Source: Octopus sinensis (Eukaryota). From it: DNA of 64,000 bases. Location of the stretch: contig NC_043017.1 in NCBI RefSeq assembly GCF_006345805.1, positions 9,858,001 to 9,922,000 on the forward strand, read 5' to 3'. The position numbers and the translations under genes are program-made. Below are positions 62,123 through 64,000 of this stretch, in pieces. The first letter of the stretch is position 1. Every line of letters starts with the position of its first letter. The notes beneath the pieces were generated by a model that saw only the letters and a list, made by a program, of their open reading frames with translations, made no database searches and was not told the DNA's origin.

Positions 62123-62233
62123 CTGGTACCTGATAATTATTCTCAGAAGCATTCGTATACTTTCAGACAAGACTTCAGGCACAACATCGATGAAAAATGG
62201 ACATTCTTGCTTGTGGATTGACCAATCAGCTTT
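62123..62233 (-). CDS. SMYD3: SMYD3-like exon: KADWSIHKQECPFFIDVVPEVLSESIRMLLRIIIRYQ
   Basis: End of MYND (WxxHKxEC) and start of SET-I; canonical splice sites, phase 0 to 0. Confidence 0.93.
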
Positions 62234-63117
62234 CTGGAAATGAAAGATACCAAACATGTTGAAATGTTTCATGTTAATTCATTGTAATTCATAAAATCAC
62301 AATAACATTTTGAAATTTTGAGACAGGCCCAGTAATTTTCGTGGGTGGGTGCCACTCAATTACATCACCCTCCCCCATGCCCCGTGCTCACAAGAACTTG
62401 TTTTATCAACCCTGAAAGAAGGAAAAGCTAAGTTGACCTTGGTGTCATTTGAACCCAGAATGTAAAGTTGGAAGAAATGCCACTAAGCATTATATTTGAT
62501 GCTCTCATGATTCTGCTAACTTGCTACCTTGATAATGGACTTTCCTGTCAAAGATGATGTCTGAGTGTTCAGTTTTGCCAAACAATCTTCACAAATGACT
62601 TGTTCATAGTGATCAAATGTATGTATTGTATATTAGCTCACCACTCTCTCCATCAAATCAACGTTACCTCAACAGGTGGATGGTGTCCCACACATCAGGT
62701 GTTGAAGTGATCGCAGATGACTGAGGACTGGCTGCACCAGGCTTCAATCTGATCTGGCAGAGTTTCTACAGCTGGATGCCATTCCTAACACCAACCACTC
62801 TGAGAGTGTAGTGGGTGCTTTTACGTGCCACCAGCATGAGGACCAGTCAGGCAGTACTGGCAACGGCCACGCTCAAATGGTGTTTTTTATGTGCCACCTG
62901 CACAGGAGCCAGTCCAGCAGCACTAGGGCATCCAGCCATAGAAACTATGCAATAACAGACATTGGAGTTTGACACAGTCCACCAACACACTGGATCCTGT
63001 CAAGGCATCCAACCCACGCCAGCATGGAACACAGGTATTACACAATGATGATGATGATGAAATAAATTAATGAAAAAGAAAATAGATGAAAGCAAAGGAC
63101 AGTTTTAAGGGATTTAC

Positions 63118-63181
63118 CTGACAGCTGGAATTGCAGTATCTCAGAAGTTTACATCTAGAACAGTGTTTCAGGCTGGAAGCA
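63118..63181 (-). CDS. SMYD3: SMYD3-like exon, MYND finger: ASSLKHCSRCKLLRYCNSSCQ (earlier exons lie beyond base 64000)
   Basis: cttcacag| acceptor, CAG|gtaaat donor; CxxC...YCxxxCQ MYND motif. Confidence 0.92.
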
Positions 63182-63534
63182 CTGTGAAGAAGATGAGGTG
63201 AAAGAAAATATAATGTTATAGTGTAAAGAGGCAATGGTTATGAGAACAGTGGGGTGGGGTTAGATATTTAGGTTCCTAACGACACAAGTGGTAGCATGGA
63301 AGTTTGCTTTGTAACTGCAGTACCTTGCATACGTGTCTTCTACAATACTCACCTTCCTTCTCAAGTCATGCTGACTCATAGGGGCTGGTTTCCTCGTTTT
63401 CCTTGGCGTATATCTTCCCCACCTGGACAGGATGCTGGTCTGTCGCAGGATTCCTCCCGAAGACGTATTATCAACCAACAAAGATTATAAACTCTTAACG
63501 AACAGGTGTTTGTGTGTGTGTGTGTGTGTGGCCA

Positions 63535-63900
63535 TAACTATAGAAGTGTTTTTTCCCCCTGACTTTGTTCTCTTATAACTTCCTCAAAAGTGCAAATTTT
63601 TTAAATGCAATTTCCTGAAAATACATTTTCGTGGGTGTACAGTACGGTGATCTTGATAAGACTTGTTTTAAAAATACATTCGTAATCTATACCATCTAAA
63701 ATGTATCTGGAAAATTTCATTAGAAAAAAATTGCCTTAAACAAAAGTCCGATCAGAGAGGGAAATGAAATCTTAAATTTTTATTTTTTCAGTTTTCTTTC
63801 TAATATAATCACAATCTACAATACCTAGAATAGGCGATCTTTCGTCTCTAGTAGACCTTTCCGTCGATTTCCGTAAAAAAAATTTTTTTTTTTACATATG
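63535..63900. mobile_element. Unclassified DNA-transposon-like remnant
   Basis: Shares CTAATCTATACCATCTAAAATGTA..GGAAAATTTCATT with 27105-27200(-) and a CATAACTTTC-type motif with 27680-27800. Confidence 0.45.
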
Positions 63901-64000
63901 GGCTTGCGGGAACTTTTGAAGTAATATACATACATATACACATACACCGAGTAAAAAATTTCAGTTATCTCTCTCTTTCACACATTACTCTCTCTGTCTC

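Overview
Eukaryotic, AT-rich DNA crowded with microsatellites and SINEs. The repeat families point to a coleoid cephalopod, most likely Octopus (my recognition, not database-checked). I reconstructed four protein-coding genes from splice sites and reading phases. (1) ZUP1/ZUFSP K63 deubiquitinase, minus strand: 4 coding exons in 643-5050, a probable non-coding first exon near 22.9-23.4 kb, and a 3' part that runs off the window start. (2) A FAM162/UPF0389 mitochondrial membrane protein, plus strand, about 27.3-32.9 kb, head-to-head with ZUP1. (3) A complete, intronless, CpG-rich and somewhat divergent TFIIB (GTF2B) ORF at 42336-43280. (4) An SMYD3-like SET/MYND methyltransferase, minus strand: 12 phase-consistent exons in 49791-63181, with its first exon(s) beyond the window end. 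The rest is at least five SINE families, fragments of RTE/BovB, CR1 and R4/Dong LINEs, hAT, piggyBac, mariner and Merlin-like MITEs, a non-autonomous Helitron, and long micro/minisatellites. There is no CRISPR array, rRNA or bona fide tRNA gene. Best leads: the intronless TFIIB (possible retrogene paralogue or replacement), multimeric SINEs inserted as single events, an 85-bp fold-back SINE hairpin upstream of FAM162, a pre-miRNA-like hairpin, inverted repeats in SMYD3 introns (candidate ADAR substrates), structured RTE 5'-UTR motifs, a micro-exon chain upstream of ZUP1, and possible ancient ZUP1-FAM162 linkage.
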